NCBI GenBank assembly: GCA_017654855.1
Contig: CM030333.1
Span: forward strand, 5,146,001 to 5,210,000
Reading direction: 5' to 3'
Length of the DNA stretch: 64,000 nucleotides
Source: Podospora anserina
Taxonomy: Eukaryota
The notes under the pieces were generated by a model, which was not told the DNA's origin, made no database searches, and saw only the letters and a program-made list of their open reading frames with translations. The position numbers and the translations under genes are program-made. Positions 63,134 to 64,000 of the stretch are shown here, piece by piece; position 1 is the first letter of the stretch; each line of letters opens with the position of its first letter.

Positions 63134-64000
63134 ATGACGTCTCTGCTGAGTCGTATACTGCCCGCTGCCACCCAAAGCGCTTCATCCTCCAGCGGAAGTC
63201 ATGTCACTGATGCTCCAGAGGTCCCCCGCGTCCAAATTGGGCCCGCGGCAAACCACCTTCGAGATGCCATGATGGTCATGTACTGGGCTGGCGTGAGACG
63301 AGAATTGCCGCATATCGTCCAGACACTTCGAAAATGGAGGACTCGAGACGAATACTCAACGACGGTTCACCCCGACGAAGAGGACCGCTACATTCACGGC
63401 TATGAAACCTTTCTTGATCAAGTCAACCACACCTCTCGCGGGTTTTCCGACAGGTATCGCAAGCTTCCAAAGCTCAGAGACCCGGCGGAGGAAAGAGATG
63501 CCGATCGAGTGCCGACATACTCGGAAGCGCTTGAGGACCGAGGTTGGGACATTTACTCGGAACTGCAGAGCTCTTCCATCCGTCGCTCCATAATGATGGA
63601 CCTACAAGACCGGGAAGTGAAGGGGGAGGACGTGGTACATCGGCGAGCACGGATGCTACTCCAGTCCGCCCAGTTTCTCGACATGGACAAGATCATCGAG
63701 TACCGAGATCCAGAAGCGCTCATTACCTTTTGGAAGCAACCTACGCCCTCACAAGTTACGGTGTCATCCTACGACGAAGGACATATGCCGATTCTTGTTC
63801 CTCAAGCGTGCGACTCATGCAGCAAGGCAATAAGAGGGTCGATCTTTCGAAACATCAAGACAGACCAGATGATTTGTGAAGGTTGCTACCGGCGAGACTT
63901 TTATGGTCACAAGGACATCACCAAAGTGTATAAACAGTGCTGTCTGCGGAGAGCTGTGTCCGCCGACGATAGCCAGGAGATCTGCAGCTGCATCGATGTA
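63134..64000 (+). CDS. Hypothetical protein with ZZ-type-like zinc finger, truncated by the window end
   Basis: Open frame from ATG 63134 to the window edge (absent from the ORF track because it has no stop); CDSCSKAIRGSIF...ICEGCYRRDF..H..KQCCL..ICSC. Confidence 0.7.
   Translation, partial: MTSLLSRILPAATQSASSSSGSHVTDAPEVPRVQIGPAANHLRDAMMVMYWAGVRRELPHIVQTLRKWRTRDEYSTTVHPDEEDRYIHGYETFLDQVNHTSRGFSDRYRKLPKLRDPAEERDADRVPTYSEALEDRGWDIYSELQSSSIRRSIMMDLQDREVKGEDVVHRRARMLLQSAQFLDMDKIIEYRDPEALITFWKQPTPSQVTVSSYDEGHMPILVPQACDSCSKAIRGSIFRNIKTDQMICEGCYRRDFYGHKDITKVYKQCCLRRAVSADDSQEICSCIDV

Overview
Filamentous-ascomycete (Sordariales-type) chromosomal segment. I infer Podospora-like from the transposon types and RIP pattern, but this is not proven. 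It holds about 23 protein-coding genes, many with short introns: GH11 xylanase-CBM1, two FAD monooxygenases, a WW protein, a small HSP, a PAS hybrid histidine kinase, Vps62, a TFIIIC-subunit-like protein, HIS7, ornithine decarboxylase antizyme (+1 frameshift), Yippee, DUG1, a secreted subtilisin, an NRT2 nitrate transporter, a beta-lactamase-like hydrolase, a HET-domain protein, a GRDP/DUF1399 protein, a class-3 lipase and several hypotheticals. A 9.6-kb RIP-degraded, AT-rich nest of transposons lies at 40069-49661. An outer Fot1/pogo element contains a second full-length Fot1/pogo element, four related LTRs that share a TATA core (three also keep the conserved half) but differ in their motif-repeat upstream halves, a Ty3/gypsy chromovirus body and an apparently unrelated solo LTR. 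The most striking observation is a RIP-masked antisense ORF in the retroelement 3' region. Once RIP changes are reversed it has exact Zn(II)2Cys6 cysteine spacing, a coiled coil and an acidic/aromatic tail, so it looks like a retrotransposon-encoded Gal4-like regulator. No rRNA, tRNA or CRISPR feature could be supported.
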